From contig CAVZRL010000003.1 in the NCBI GenBank assembly GCA_963777775.1, positions 28,751 to 92,750 on the forward strand: DNA of 64,000 nt, in the 5' to 3' direction. Of this stretch, positions 63,508 through 64,000 are shown piece by piece. The stretch's first letter is position 1, and the number at the start of each line of letters is the position of its first letter. This DNA is from an uncultured Solirubrobacterales bacterium (GTDB lineage: Bacteria > Actinomycetota > Thermoleophilia > Solirubrobacterales > 70-9). The position numbers were made by a program, and so were the translations under genes. The notes under the pieces were generated by a model. That model saw nothing but the letters and a program-made list of their open reading frames with translations. It was not told the DNA's origin and made no database searches.

Positions 63508-64000
63508 GTGGCTGCCGATCCTTCCGTCCATCGCTTTCGCCAGATCGTCGGCGTCGCGCTGACGCATCTCGAAGCGCGCCGGCAGGAGATCAACGATCTC
63601 AACGTGTTCCCGGTCGCCGACGGCGACACCGGCGACAACATGGCGCTGACGATGCGCTACGTGCTCGAGGAGCTCGACCGGCTCGAGCGCGAGGGCGACG
63701 GCGACCCGCCCCGACCGGAGATCGTGCGCGCCGTCGCGCGCGCCGCGCTGATGGGCGCCCGGGGCAACTCGGGGGTGATCCTGAGCCAGATCGTCCGCGG
63801 GCTCGCCGAGAAGGTGGCGACGCCGCCGGGCCGACTGATCGACCCGGAGCTGATCGAGGCCGCGCTCCGTCACGCCAGCGACGCCGCCTACGCCTCCGTC
63901 CGCGAGCCCGCCGAGGGCACGATGCTGACCGTGATCCGGGCGATGGCCGACGCCGTCAGCGAGCGCCGCTCGCACTGGCTGCGGCTCGAGCCCGACGCCA
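63508..64000 (+). CDS. DAK2 domain-containing protein (YloV-like), 5' part, runs off the window
   Basis: My translation from GTG 63508 gives ...INDLNVFPVADGDTGDNMALTM...ARGNSGVILSQ... It follows rpmB as in Firmicutes-like yloV synteny. Confidence 0.85.
   Translation, partial: MAADPSVHRFRQIVGVALTHLEARRQEINDLNVFPVADGDTGDNMALTMRYVLEELDRLEREGDGDPPRPEIVRAVARAALMGARGNSGVILSQIVRGLAEKVATPPGRLIDPELIEAALRHASDAAYASVREPAEGTMLTVIRAMADAVSERRSHWLRLEPDA

Noticed and set aside
1-64000. CRISPR arrays, transposases/integrases, prophage genes, toxin-antitoxin or known defence-system genes, and tRNA/rRNA genes.
   Set aside because: None is recognisable. The only repeats found are the duplicated 5' cassette module and short palindromes or hairpins. 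All sizeable intergenic gaps were read, and none shows tRNA-like or spacer-repeat structure.

Overview
The window is very GC-rich (about 70% or more by eye) and almost entirely protein-coding. Gene content and order fit an Actinomycetota-like chromosome core, possibly Thermoleophilia/Rubrobacteria-like: no ftsA, stand-alone NHEJ domain genes, and an F420-type reductase. This taxonomic call is inference only. From left to right: (1) A near-complete dcw cluster, mraZ-rsmH-ftsL-like-ftsI-murE-murF-mraY // murD-ftsW-murG-murC-murB-ftsQ-ftsZ, with many 4-nt start/stop overlaps. Two reverse-strand genes interrupt it between mraY and murD. (2) A glycine-cleavage set, gcvT // gcvH-gcvPA-gcvPB, split by two self-contained cassettes. 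These encode paralogous secreted proteins, and a third paralog sits right after ftsZ. (3) A four-gene NHEJ operon on the minus strand: ligase, a DUF385/F420-type reductase, Ku and LigD-Pol. (4) A FetAB-like ABC exporter. (5) A minus-strand operon of a beta-propeller lipoprotein, an M14 peptidase, an ECF sigma factor and an anti-sigma factor. (6) An MFS transporter, then trpS, scpAB, rluB and an aromatic amino acid block (aroH, hisC, aroF, tyrA, aroA). (7) cmk, der, metK, priA, def, fmt, rsmB and rpe. (8) A K+/H+ antiporter, ribD-ribE-ribBA-ribH, rpmB and a partial yloV-like gene. I found no rRNA, tRNA, CRISPR array, transposase or integrase. The most interesting non-obvious signals are: a candidate leaderless W/F/Y-rich leader peptide with an adjoining stem upstream of DAHP synthase; the duplicated promoter-plus-signal-peptide module of the secreted-protein cassettes; the reductase embedded in the NHEJ operon; several -10 boxes placed 6-7 nt from start codons (leaderless mRNAs); and two genes whose conserved N-termini lie upstream of any canonical start codon.
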